DNA of 64,000 nt, taken from assembly GCA_965204725.1 (NCBI GenBank), contig OZ242005.1, forward strand, positions 1,760,001-1,824,000, in the 5' to 3' direction. The notes under the pieces were generated by a model, which was not told the DNA's origin, searched no databases, and worked only from the letters and a program-made list of their open reading frames with translations. Made by a program: the position numbers and the translations under genes. Shown piece by piece: positions 1 to 8,614 of the stretch (position 1 is its first letter; each line of letters opens with the position of its first letter). The DNA comes from Candidatus Latescibacterota bacterium (GTDB taxonomy: Bacteria > Latescibacterota > UBA2968 > UBA8231).

Positions 1-1
1 A

Positions 2-640
2 GGCTCGGTTCAGCTCGACTCGCCCATGCTCTACGTGATGGGCTTTATCGGCCTGTTCACCATCGGCGGGCTGACGGGCCTGTTTCTTTCCACCTTGGGC
101 ACGGATGTCCATCTCCACGACACCTATTTCGTGGTCGCCCACTTTCACTACGTCATGGTGGGCGGCATGGTCATGGCGTTTCTGTGCGGCCTGCATTTTT
201 GGTGGCCTAAAATGACCGGGCGCATGTACTCGGAAGGGGCGGCCAAGCTCGGCGTCATGTTCGTCTTCGCCGGGTTCAACTTGACCTTCTTTCCCCAATT
301 TGTCTTGGGGTACTTGGGCATGCCGCGGCGCTATCACGCCTATCCCGAGGAGTGGCAAGCCCTCAACATCATGTCAACAGCCGGGGCCACCGTCCTCGGG
401 CTGGGCTTTTCCCTGACCATCGTCTATCTCCTCTGGTCCTTGTTCAAGGGCCAGAAGGCCACTGCCAATCCGTTCCAAGCCAAGGGCCTCGAATGGGATA
501 TTCCCTCGCCGCCCATCGCCCACAACTTTGAAGCCATTCCGATCGTTACTTGGGAAGCCTATCCCTACGGCGAGGAGGAACCCGCAGCACCGAGCAGCGA
601 GCCCGTACCTGAACGCGCTAAGGAGGACGAAGTTGTCTGA
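2..640 (+). CDS. ctaD: Cytochrome c oxidase subunit I, C-terminal part (5'-truncated by window edge)
   Basis: [13 protein letters not shown] heme-ligand motif, GMPRRY motif; frame open from base 2. Confidence 0.96.
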   Translation, partial: GSVQLDSPMLYVMGFIGLFTIGGLTGLFLSTLGTDVHLHDTYFVVAHFHYVMVGGMVMAFLCGLHFWWPKMTGRMYSEGAAKLGVMFVFAGFNLTFFPQFVLGYLGMPRRYHAYPEEWQALNIMSTAGATVLGLGFSLTIVYLLWSLFKGQKATANPFQAKGLEWDIPSPPIAHNFEAIPIVTWEAYPYGEEEPAAPSSEPVPERAKEDEVV

Positions 641-1301
641 GCACGCACACAGCGCCCACCACCTACATCAGTTCGAGACCGCGCAGCAGCAATACGAAGC
701 CGCCAGCCTCGGCATGTGGGCGTTCATCATCCAAGAAATCCTGTTCTTCGGGGGGCTGTTCGGCGCGTACACCGTGTATCGCAACACCTATATCGAAGCC
801 TTTACCGCCGGCTCGCACCACCTCGACATCTTCTGGGGCACCTTCAACACCATCGTGCTAATCGCCAGCAGCCTGACCATGGCATTGGCTGTCCGCGCCG
901 CGCAGACCGACGCCGGTCGCAACGCGATTACCGGGTGGCTCGTCGCCACGATCCTTCTCGGCTGCGCCTTCTTGGGCGTCAAGTACATCGAGTACAGCCA
1001 CAAGTGGCTCGATAACCTCATCCCAGGCAGCATGTTCCAGTGGAACGACCCCGCCTTCCCCGAGGTTTCGCTCGGCAACGCCAAAATTTTCTTCTCGTTC
1101 TACTTCGTGATGACCGGGATGCACGCCTTGCACATGGTCATTGGCGTTGGCATCATGCTGTGGATGATCGTCAAAGTCCAGCGCAACGAGATTTCGGCTC
1201 AGTACTTTACGCCGATTGAAATCAGCGGCCTCTACTGGCACTTCGTGGATATCGTGTGGATTTTCCTCTTCCCCCTGCTCTATCTGATCGGACGCCACTA
1301 A
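633..1301 (+). CDS. ctaE: Cytochrome c oxidase subunit III
   Basis: [44 protein letters not shown]; TTG start after AGGAGG, overlapping the subunit I stop. Confidence 0.93.
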   Translation: MSEHAHSAHHLHQFETAQQQYEAASLGMWAFIIQEILFFGGLFGAYTVYRNTYIEAFTAGSHHLDIFWGTFNTIVLIASSLTMALAVRAAQTDAGRNAITGWLVATILLGCAFLGVKYIEYSHKWLDNLIPGSMFQWNDPAFPEVSLGNAKIFFSFYFVMTGMHALHMVIGVGIMLWMIVKVQRNEISAQYFTPIEISGLYWHFVDIVWIFLFPLLYLIGRH

Positions 1302-1630
1302 TGTCTGAACATCACGTAGTTCCGCTCAAGATCTACTTTCTGATCTTCTTCGCCCTAATGATTGGCACCGTCCTCACGGTCGCCGCGGCCTTCGTCGATA
1401 TGGGCTTTTTGAATACGCCGGTCGCCCTGATCATCGCCTTAGTAAAGGCATCGCTGGTCATTTTGTTCTTCATGCACGTAAAATACAGCCCCAAGCTGGT
1501 CGGGCTGTTTGCCGTGGCCGGCTTCTTCTGGCTGTGCATCCTGCTGGCCTTGACCATGCAGGATTACTACACGCGCGGCTGGGGCGAGGAAGCACCGGTG
1601 GAGTTTTTGCAGGAAGGGTCGTTCTTCTAA
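1301..1630 (+). CDS. ctaF: Cytochrome c oxidase subunit IV (caa3 type)
   Basis: KASLVILFFMHVKY motif, three TM helices, TAATG coupling to subunit III. Confidence 0.88.
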   Translation: MSEHHVVPLKIYFLIFFALMIGTVLTVAAAFVDMGFLNTPVALIIALVKASLVILFFMHVKYSPKLVGLFAVAGFFWLCILLALTMQDYYTRGWGEEAPVEFLQEGSFF

Positions 1631-1721
1631 GTTTTAAGTCGAGCCTTACCAAGGCACGGGCGAGAGATACTCGTCGCCAAGCCGTGGAGATTCGGCAGCG
1701 CATCCCTGCCGCTTCTGCATA

Positions 1722-1756
1722 AAAAAGCCCAAGCCGCTTTACACGGCTTGGGCTTT
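1722..1756. terminator. Bidirectional intrinsic terminator
   Basis: aaagcccaagccg-ctttaca-cggcttgggcttt hairpin between convergent gene blocks. Confidence 0.8.
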
Positions 1757-1777
1757 CGTCCTATACGCTTCCCCATT

Positions 1778-1960
1778 CTACTCTGTCGCTCGCGCCGCCT
1801 TGAGAAAGGCTACCACCTCCTTGTAGCACTCCTTCTTTTCGCCGCCCTCAATGTGGGAACCCCGGCCAGCCCATGTCAAGGCCATCCCTTCGGAGTTATT
1901 TTGTTTTGGGCGTTGACCTCGGCACCGAGATCCACCAAAAACTTTACTATCTCTAATTGA
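1778..1960 (-). pseudogene. Frameshifted remnant of an ankyrin gene 3' end
   Basis: Reads QLEIVKFLVDLGAEVNAQNK then in another frame NNSEGMALTWAG..YKEVVAFLKAA; DNA similar to 2465-2545. Confidence 0.7.
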
Positions 1961-1970
1961 AGTGGAGAGA

Positions 1971-2189
1971 CTACAAACGCTCCCAAGTTGTCCGACTAAC
2001 ACCGGCCTGCGCTAAAATTTTATTCAAAAGCCCACGGCCAATGTCGCCACGATGTGGGTTAGGCAGGACAAGACGCGTCTTATCTCGGACCATATACTGA
2101 TGATTCCCCCCAGAATAGGGGCCTTCAAATCCCAATCTCCTCAAATAGCGAATAAGATCGCGGTGACTCAGCGGTCCAAATTGGGGCAT
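1971..2189 (-). CDS. hicA: HicA family mRNA interferase toxin
   Basis: LRRLGFEGPYSGGNHQYM..LVLPNPHRGDIGRGLLNKILAQAG; ATG overlaps the upstream TGA. Confidence 0.9.
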   Translation of the reverse strand: MPQFGPLSHRDLIRYLRRLGFEGPYSGGNHQYMVRDKTRLVLPNPHRGDIGRGLLNKILAQAGVSRTTWERL

Positions 2190-3172
2190 CACACCGATTC
2201 CGGTACGCCCTCCAAGCGCACCCCATCCACTTCAGGAAGCAGATGGTTCATTTTCAATCCGAGGGTGATCCAGCCCTCAAGCACGGATTGCAATTCTTCG
2301 CGGCACTGTTCCAAGGTCTCCGCATTTGCATACACGCCTTGAAATCCGACAATTTCTCCATAAAACGTTTGATCGTCGAGTACCTCGAATGTCGTGCGTC
2401 TCATCGCCAACTGGATATATCGGGCCATTCTGAGAAAATCTGCCATCTCCTGATAGTCGCCCGCTTCGGCCCATGTCAAGGCCGTCTCACCGGAGTTATT
2501 TCGGTCGTTGACCTTCGCACCACGGTCCACCAAAAACTTCACCACCGCTAAACGATCGCTAACGGCGGCCTTCATCAAGGCCGTCCAGCCGCGGTTATCC
2601 TTGGCGTGGATATCGCCCCCCTTGGAAATCAAAAACTCCACGACCGCTAAATGGCCACCCCAAGCGGCCCGCATCAAGGCCGTCTCGCCATCTTTATTAC
2701 CGATGTTAATATCGGCCCCCTTACAAACCAAAAAGCGCACTACCGCTAAACGGTCCTCCATAGCAGCCTTCATCAAGGCCGTCCAGCCGACGTTGTTTTG
2801 GGCATTGACATCAACATCAGCCCCGCTAGCCACCAAAAACTTCACTACCGCTAAATGGCCGCCTTGAGCAGCCCACATCAAGGCCGTCCAACCATTCGCA
2901 TCGCGGATGTGAATATCCGCCCCCTCGGCCACTAAAAAGCGCACCATCGCCAAGTAGCCATCTTGGGCCGCCCACATCAAGCTGGTCGTCTGTCGCGCCC
3001 CTTGCCCAATATAGGACTTGAGCAATGCCTGCACCGACATGTCTCGGTTGGCGGCGACCTGCTTGAGAGAATGGAGTACATCCTTGGGTATCTCTATGGA
3101 TACCGTTTCCGTCGCACGAGGACGGAACGCAAGCGCAAATTCTTCTTTCTGTTTGGTTTCAGGCGTCTTCAT
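2189..3172 (-). CDS. Fusion protein: CopG/RHH-like antitoxin + about 6 ankyrin repeats + HicB antitoxin
   Basis: N-term RPRATETVSIEIPKDVLHSLKQVAANRDMSVQALLKSYIGQG; repeated TALMxAAxxGxLAVVKFLVxxGAD; C-term YIQLAMRRTTFEVLDDQTFYGEIVGFQGVYANAETLEQCREELQSVLEGW. Confidence 0.85.
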   Translation of the reverse strand: MKTPETKQKEEFALAFRPRATETVSIEIPKDVLHSLKQVAANRDMSVQALLKSYIGQGARQTTSLMWAAQDGYLAMVRFLVAEGADIHIRDANGWTALMWAAQGGHLAVVKFLVASGADVDVNAQNNVGWTALMKAAMEDRLAVVRFLVCKGADINIGNKDGETALMRAAWGGHLAVVEFLISKGGDIHAKDNRGWTALMKAAVSDRLAVVKFLVDRGAKVNDRNNSGETALTWAEAGDYQEMADFLRMARYIQLAMRRTTFEVLDDQTFYGEIVGFQGVYANAETLEQCREELQSVLEGWITLGLKMNHLLPEVDGVRLEGVPESV

Positions 3173-3452
3173 ATAACTTCCTTTCAGGAGGCGTTGCGCG
3201 ACGCGCAGATATGATGCGCGTCCATTGGTCTCGCTCTACGTAAACGACCAGCAAAATGCGTTGCTGAAACGAGTACCCAAGAATGAAATTCCGTTGTTCG
3301 GCACCCGTGGATGCGTCACCTATTTGATAAAAACGATCGAAGAAGACTTCGGCGGCTTCTTCAAAATGGACGTGATGCTTCTGCACATTGCTTTGGGCTT
3401 TGTTCTCATCCCACTGAAACCTGATGTCTTGAAGTTGGTATTCGATGTCCAC
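3159..3452 (-). CDS. brnT: BrnT family ribonuclease toxin
   Basis: FQWDENKAQSNVQKHHVHFEEAAEVFFD ... RIISARRAT. Confidence 0.92.
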   Translation of the reverse strand: MDIEYQLQDIRFQWDENKAQSNVQKHHVHFEEAAEVFFDRFYQIGDASTGAEQRNFILGYSFQQRILLVVYVERDQWTRIISARRATPPERKLYEDA

Positions 3453-3475
3453 AAGACGAAGGATCGCCTCCCCTA

Positions 3476-3718
3476 CTACTCTCCGCCCTCGTAAAGCCCT
3501 TTGCGGCTAACCGCGTACTCGGACAATGGGGGGCAATCGGGACCAACACAATCCATAAAATCGTCTGCCAACTGATCGGCTAGGGCCTCAAATTTATCAT
3601 CCGATAGCGGCTCTACCTTAACCTGCTCCCATGGGACGAATTCGATCAGCACGGATTGCTTCTCACCATTAGAATCCACGACAAACTGGGATTTTTGAAT
3701 CCGGTCAGCAACGCCCAT
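3476..3718 (-). CDS. Small antitoxin-like protein, apparently chimeric
   Basis: QFVVDSNGEKQSVLI N-terminus and LSEYAVSRKGLYE C-terminus each resemble small antitoxin-type proteins; located in the TA array. Confidence 0.5.
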   Translation of the reverse strand: MGVADRIQKSQFVVDSNGEKQSVLIEFVPWEQVKVEPLSDDKFEALADQLADDFMDCVGPDCPPLSEYAVSRKGLYEGGE

Positions 3719-3749
3719 TTCGTTCTTCTTTTTTGGTCCCAAACGGCCC

Positions 3750-3848
3750 TCACGCAATGTCGCGCACCAGCACCAAGATCGCCGCCTGCGGCACGACGAT
3801 AAACTTCTCGTCGTCGAACTTGATTTCTACCGCGTCTTTGCACAGGAA
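3750..3848 (-). repeat. 99-bp copy of the 3' end of the groES-like gene (5792-5890)
   Basis: 93/99 identical, includes stop codon; encodes FLCKDAVEIKFDDEKFIVVPQAAILVLVRDIA*. Confidence 0.95.
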
Positions 3849-3855
3849 TTTTGAC

Positions 3856-4332
3856 CTACCCTTTATCTGTTCCATCTTCTTGTTTCAACTCTAATTCATC
3901 GAGAACGAGCACGTCCACATCCGCTACACGTTTGAGTGCTTTATCGTTGGTTAAGAAAACCTGACAGTTCGCTGTCTTAGCAACGGCAACTTGTAATGCG
4001 TCAGGTGTGCGTAACCCATGTTGTGCCCGGAGAATAGCCGCTTGCTCGGCTACTTTTGCGTCAACAGGCAACGTATAGAAGTTGGCACTGTGAAGCAACA
4101 AATCGCGATATTCTTTTTGCAAATGAATCTCTCCTTGTTCCAGAGGCTGAGTTAAAACTTCCGTCAAGGTAATGACTGAAGTAAATCCTGTAATGATTCC
4201 TTGATGAATTCTGTGAAAAATCTCGGTAACTAATCTATGGTACGCGGGATTCATTTCGATTAGATAGATGATGGGCGCCGTATCGAATCCTACCCTTGTC
4301 ACATCCGCCAATGCGTCATCCAGTGCGATCAT
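3856..4332 (-). CDS. vapC: PIN-domain (VapC-like) toxin
   Basis: VGFDTAPIIY, SVITLTEVL, LRTPDALQVAVA, FLTNDKAL acidic PIN motifs. Confidence 0.9.
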   Translation of the reverse strand: MIALDDALADVTRVGFDTAPIIYLIEMNPAYHRLVTEIFHRIHQGIITGFTSVITLTEVLTQPLEQGEIHLQKEYRDLLLHSANFYTLPVDAKVAEQAAILRAQHGLRTPDALQVAVAKTANCQVFLTNDKALKRVADVDVLVLDELELKQEDGTDKG

Positions 4333-5464
4333 GGTTGGTATCCCATTCTTCACGAAGACGATCAACGTACGTTTGAGCATCTACCCCTTGCCAAATCTCT
4401 CTACCTAATCCACGCAACTCCAGAATACTCCGTTTTTTAGGCTCCTGTTGGGCGATGAGAGCCAATTTTAACCGGCGCAGATGCTCTGGCGAAGGATCCC
4501 ACCAAATAGGATTTGCCAACGATCCTTCTTGGCCTCGTAGCCTATCGTTGCACCGCTTCGTTTCCTTTGAATCTGCACGCGATTGCACATCTCCAACCTT
4601 TGCTAGGCGATGCAGGGGGACCGGCGTGTCATGGGTCAATTCTTCATAGAGACGGTTGCGTAACCATGCGACGTTCCGAGGTATGAGGTTATGGCCAAAC
4701 AGTTGGTTGGCAACATTCCCAATGCATCCATAGGTAGCCAGATGGCCAAATGGAATTTGCGTAATGATCAGGGCTACATGCCATCGCCACTCTCCCTTAG
4801 AGTTTCGCAACTGTGCTTCAATACCTTGCAAATCTTCTTCAATACCCTGCAAATCTTCTTTCGTAGTTTTTTTTATTGTATCGCAGTACTGGGCAAGCCT
4901 TTCGGCTACTTCATTCCCGAATTTTTCCAGCCGGGAGTCTAGGGATTCTCGCGTCTGTAGCAGCGACTCCTCCAACGCCTTGATACGTCGCTGTAGATGA
5001 GGATGAGGAACCATGGCGTATAGTTGCTTAGCCACTTCTAGGTCCAGCTCAATCCGACCTATCGAGTTGTAGAGGTAAGGGAGCTTGTTCCTGTACTCTT
5101 CCACCTTCCCCCCCACCAACTCATTGATCGCATCCCAGTCGAAGATGATAGGCGGCCGCTCCTCAGCAGGGATTAGCTCAAACCCCCTCCTCCACTCCTC
5201 GGCCTTCTTCAGCAGAGCAGGCAGACGTTCCGGCCAGTCGTGGAGCATGTTCGGCGAGAAGTCGGCTCCGGTAGGCCAAGTTGGGACCCCATCGTCCAGA
5301 TAAACTTGGTTGAACAGTTTGAGGTCCTTTAGGGGACTATATATCCGGCCTGATAAGATAGGACGAAGATCGGCCTCTTGGCATGTACCGTCCTCAAAGG
5401 AGGCCCGTAGCTTGTAGGGACCTATCACTTCCAGACGGATCACTTTATGAAGTTTATAATCCAC
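4316..5464 (-). CDS. Fusion protein: DUF2442 antitoxin-like + coiled coil + MGMT/ATL-like DNA-binding domain + VapB-like tail
   Basis: YKLRASFEDG..LFNQVYLDDGVPTWPTGADFSP; QIPFGHLATYGCIG..PRNVA..VPLHRL; KRSILELRGLGREIWQGVDAQTYVDRLREEWD. Confidence 0.75.
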   Translation of the reverse strand: MDYKLHKVIRLEVIGPYKLRASFEDGTCQEADLRPILSGRIYSPLKDLKLFNQVYLDDGVPTWPTGADFSPNMLHDWPERLPALLKKAEEWRRGFELIPAEERPPIIFDWDAINELVGGKVEEYRNKLPYLYNSIGRIELDLEVAKQLYAMVPHPHLQRRIKALEESLLQTRESLDSRLEKFGNEVAERLAQYCDTIKKTTKEDLQGIEEDLQGIEAQLRNSKGEWRWHVALIITQIPFGHLATYGCIGNVANQLFGHNLIPRNVAWLRNRLYEELTHDTPVPLHRLAKVGDVQSRADSKETKRCNDRLRGQEGSLANPIWWDPSPEHLRRLKLALIAQQEPKKRSILELRGLGREIWQGVDAQTYVDRLREEWDTNHDRTG

Positions 5465-5469
5465 TTGTT

Positions 5470-5730
5470 TTATCTCTCTGGCGGCTCAATAGGATCGGGG
5501 ACGACGCCTTGCTGCAACTGTTCCCAAGCAGCTTCCAGATCTTCTACATGATCTTCAGCCCAGTTCATCACTTGTCGATGCTTATTCCTTGGCAGTGAAC
5601 CCCCTATTACCTCTATATTGCCTGAATCAACGGCATAAACAGCCTCATCCCCCGAATAACTCGCATGAAAGTGCGGTCGATGGTGAGGGCTACCTACTTC
5701 CGAGAACATTCGGTCAGATAGTGATTCCAT
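5470..5730 (-). CDS. DUF4160 family protein (putative toxin partnered with DUF2442), N-terminus atypical
   Basis: HHRPHFHASY..A..GSLPRNKHRQVMNWAEDHVEDLEAAWE..PIEP. Confidence 0.8.
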   Translation of the reverse strand: MESLSDRMFSEVGSPHHRPHFHASYSGDEAVYAVDSGNIEVIGGSLPRNKHRQVMNWAEDHVEDLEAAWEQLQQGVVPDPIEPPER

Positions 5731-5791
5731 AAAACTCCGCAAGTTTCGGCATAAAACTCCGTTAAACAGAGTCGATTCAAGGCTTGCTTCG

Positions 5792-6154
5792 TCAAGCAAT
5801 ATCGCGCACCAGCACCAAGATTGCCGCCTGCGGCACGACGATAAACTTCTCGTCGTCGAACTTGATTTCCACCGCGTCCTTGCGCAGGAAAATGGCGTGA
5901 TCGCCCTTTTTGGCTTGGAGGCCGATGTAGCGCATCTGCTCGCTCCCCTCCTCCCAAGGTACGCCGTCGTCATCGGCCTTCGGCGGCAAGGGAACGCCCG
6001 GCCCCACCTCTTCGACGCGCCCGCTTTGCACGTTCTCCTTTTCCAAAGCGGTCGGCGGCAAATAAAGCCCCACGGCCGTGCGCTCTTCCATGTCGTCAAC
6101 CCGGATGAGTACGCGGTCGCCGACTACGTATAGTTCTTTGTCGCCCCGGATCAT
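5792..6154 (-). CDS. GroES/Cpn10-family co-chaperonin-like protein (orphan, no groEL)
   Basis: VGDRVLI..GLYLP..GRVEEVGPG..KKGD..EKFIVVPQAAIL. Confidence 0.85.
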   Translation of the reverse strand: MIRGDKELYVVGDRVLIRVDDMEERTAVGLYLPPTALEKENVQSGRVEEVGPGVPLPPKADDDGVPWEEGSEQMRYIGLQAKKGDHAIFLRKDAVEIKFDDEKFIVVPQAAILVLVRDIA

Positions 6155-6155
6155 T

Positions 6156-6413
6156 TCACCTCGTTAGTAGCGGCAAAAGCTGATTGACTAGCACGGCAAC
6201 CACGACCGCGGCGGCGATCTTCCAGCCGAGCTTGTTCAGGTCATCGCGCACTTTGTTTAGCTCACCGCGTACTTTGTTTAGCTCGCTGTGCATTTCTCTG
6301 CGCAGGTCTCCTAACTGATCTTCTACGCGGCCCAACCGTTCGTTCATCTGCCGCATTTCGCCGCGCAATTCGCCTAAATGCTCGGCGCGTTCTTCTGTCT
6401 CGCTCAAGGCCAT
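6156..6413 (-). CDS. Small coiled-coil protein with C-terminal TM anchor
   Basis: Heptad repeats ELNKVRG/ELNKVRD (21-bp tandem), hydrophobic C-terminus, AGGAG RBS. Confidence 0.75.
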   Translation of the reverse strand: MALSETEERAEHLGELRGEMRQMNERLGRVEDQLGDLRREMHSELNKVRGELNKVRDDLNKLGWKIAAAVVVAVLVNQLLPLLTR

Positions 6414-6449
6414 GCTCCACGCTCCTTTCTTGGGTAATCCGTTGAGTTC

Positions 6450-7664
6450 CTAGGACGCCAGTCGCAAACACTCGCCGTAGCGCTCAAAGCGCTCCCCTTC
6501 CTCCTCGGCTGGATCGACGTACTTGAGCCAAAGGGCGCTGTCCTTCTTGGCACCGCTGAGGTCGCGGCGGCTGCCCAAGTGGCTGGGATCCGCGCCGTTC
6601 CACACCACTTGGCCGTCCTGCATGTAGATGAACTCCCCTCGATAGCGGTCGATTAGCGGCTGCTGTTGGTCTTGGTAGATCAGCCCCTGTTCGCAGGTGG
6701 TGCGCCGCCAGTTGGCCACGGTGGCGTCTGAGTCCGTAGATACCGAGTCAAATTCGGCCAGCGGCGCCTCGACCTCGCTCGCAAAGTCAATCTCGGCCAA
6801 ATCCACCGTGCCAAAGCCGCGCTCGGCCGCGATCAGCAGGTGATTGCGGTCGCGGCGGAAAGGCGGGGTCGGCCAATCGGATTGGGGATCGTGGCCCATC
6901 AAGGTCATGCCGCAGGCGTCGGTCGCCACCGGGTGATCGCCGGCCATCAAGGCATTGCAAATCCGGCCCTCGCCGCCCCATTCGCGGCCCCATTGGCCGG
7001 TGAGGGCCTCGACGATGTTGAGGCAGGGCTTGGTAATCAGGCCCAAGTCCGGCAGGACGTAGGAAAGCCGGATTAGGTGGTGATAGTACGAGCGCGTCCG
7101 CCCTTCCGGCGGGATCATCGGCGGCAGGCCAAAGAGGTTTTTCAGGGTCAAGGTAATGCCCATGAAGGCGTGGTTCTTCATCTTGGCGATGGATACCATC
7201 TCATCGGCCTCGGCAAAGACCGAGTTGAGCACGTATTGGTCGAACATGCAGCCGCCGTCCGGCACGGCAAAGGTAGTAAAGGGCGGCAAATTGCCATCGA
7301 CAAAGCGGACGCCAAACTCGTCCAACAAGTAGCGGTAGTTAAAATCGTCTGGGGTCACGTGGCCGTTGCCGTAGGGATAGGTATCTACGGCCACGAGCTC
7401 GGCCGTCGTCCGCTCCCGCAACAGGCGCAACACCGCCCGAGCCATGGCGTCATCGACCAATTCTCGGCGGCGACCGGCGAAATACTCAACGCGCTCCGGC
7501 GGCTTAATCATGTTGAATTTCAGGGCGATCCGCCGCGCTTTGGCCAACTTCTCCCACGAGCGGTCCAGCGGTTCGGTCGTGCGCTTGAGCACTTGGTATA
7601 TCTCCTCGTCGCTGGCTTGATGATCGCAATGCGACGCTCGGACCTTGTACTGTTTGTCGTTCAT
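6450..7664 (-). CDS. DUF362 family (putative Fe-S) protein
   Basis: LKFN, KMKNHAFMGITLTLKNLFG, HPVATDAC motifs. Confidence 0.8.
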   Translation of the reverse strand: MNDKQYKVRASHCDHQASDEEIYQVLKRTTEPLDRSWEKLAKARRIALKFNMIKPPERVEYFAGRRRELVDDAMARAVLRLLRERTTAELVAVDTYPYGNGHVTPDDFNYRYLLDEFGVRFVDGNLPPFTTFAVPDGGCMFDQYVLNSVFAEADEMVSIAKMKNHAFMGITLTLKNLFGLPPMIPPEGRTRSYYHHLIRLSYVLPDLGLITKPCLNIVEALTGQWGREWGGEGRICNALMAGDHPVATDACGMTLMGHDPQSDWPTPPFRRDRNHLLIAAERGFGTVDLAEIDFASEVEAPLAEFDSVSTDSDATVANWRRTTCEQGLIYQDQQQPLIDRYRGEFIYMQDGQVVWNGADPSHLGSRRDLSGAKKDSALWLKYVDPAEEEGERFERYGECLRLAS

Positions 7665-7786
7665 GGGGCTCTCCTTTTGGGCCTTTTCACTGTGTGGGCT
7701 AGGTGATATATTGAAAAAACATATCGTGCGACTCTTCTATGTCAAGCCGGCCGTTTTTCCCTCTCATCCACAGCAAAGGACATCCC

Positions 7787-8614
7787 ATGAGACCGCTGGT
7801 CCTGTTCCACGGAGGCTGTAATGACGGCTTCTGTGCTGCGTGGATCTACCGCCGCTACGTCAACCCGCACACCGAGTTTAAGGCCGTTCAATACAACACC
7901 GATCCGCCGGCTACGGCGGGCCGCGACGTCGTCATCCTCGACTTCAGCTACGACCGCACCCAGCTCATGGCCATGCACAATCGCGCCCGCTCGCTCTTGG
8001 TCTTAGACCATCACGAGACCGCCGCCGAGGCCCTAGCGGGGCTCGACTATTGCGTGTTTGCCGAGGGCAAGTCTGGGGCGCGCATGACTTGGGAGTACTT
8101 TTTCGATCCCCGCTCGCAGGTCCGCATCGACGACGTCCCTTGGCTGGTGTCCTATACCGAAGACCGCGACCTATGGCGGTGGGCCTTGCCCGATTCCAAG
8201 GCCATCAACGCGGCCCTCGCCTCGTACCCGCGCAACTTTGCCGTGTGGGACGAAATCGCCGAGCGCGGCCCGCAAGCCCTCGTCGTGGAAGGCCAAGCCA
8301 TTCTCCGCTTCCAACACCGGCTCATCCGGCCGCGCGTCCGCCATCACGGTTGGACCACCATTAGCGGGTTCCGCGTCCCCATTACCAACGCCACGTTTCT
8401 GACCTCTGAAATCGGCAATGCCCTCGCCGAAGGGCATCCTTTTTCCGCCGTGTTCTTCGTCCGCCCCGACAGCAGGGTCGTGTACAACCTGCGCTCCAAG
8501 GGGGATGCGGCCGCCGATGTGGGCCGCATCGCGCGCACGTACGGCGGGGGCGGGCACAAGCACGCGGCCGCTTTTACCCTAGAGACCATGTTGCCGATGG
8601 AAGCGGGGACCTAA
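7787..8614 (+). CDS. DHH/DHHA1 phosphoesterase
   Basis: HGGCNDG, ILDFS, LDHH, DRDLW, GGGHKHAAAF. Confidence 0.88.
   Translation: MRPLVLFHGGCNDGFCAAWIYRRYVNPHTEFKAVQYNTDPPATAGRDVVILDFSYDRTQLMAMHNRARSLLVLDHHETAAEALAGLDYCVFAEGKSGARMTWEYFFDPRSQVRIDDVPWLVSYTEDRDLWRWALPDSKAINAALASYPRNFAVWDEIAERGPQALVVEGQAILRFQHRLIRPRVRHHGWTTISGFRVPITNATFLTSEIGNALAEGHPFSAVFFVRPDSRVVYNLRSKGDAAADVGRIARTYGGGGHKHAAAFTLETMLPMEAGT

Noticed and set aside
5470-6099. 209-aa ORF overlapping the groES-like gene
   Set aside because: The N-terminal part is an alternate frame of the groES-like gene; only the last 86 aa look like DUF4160.
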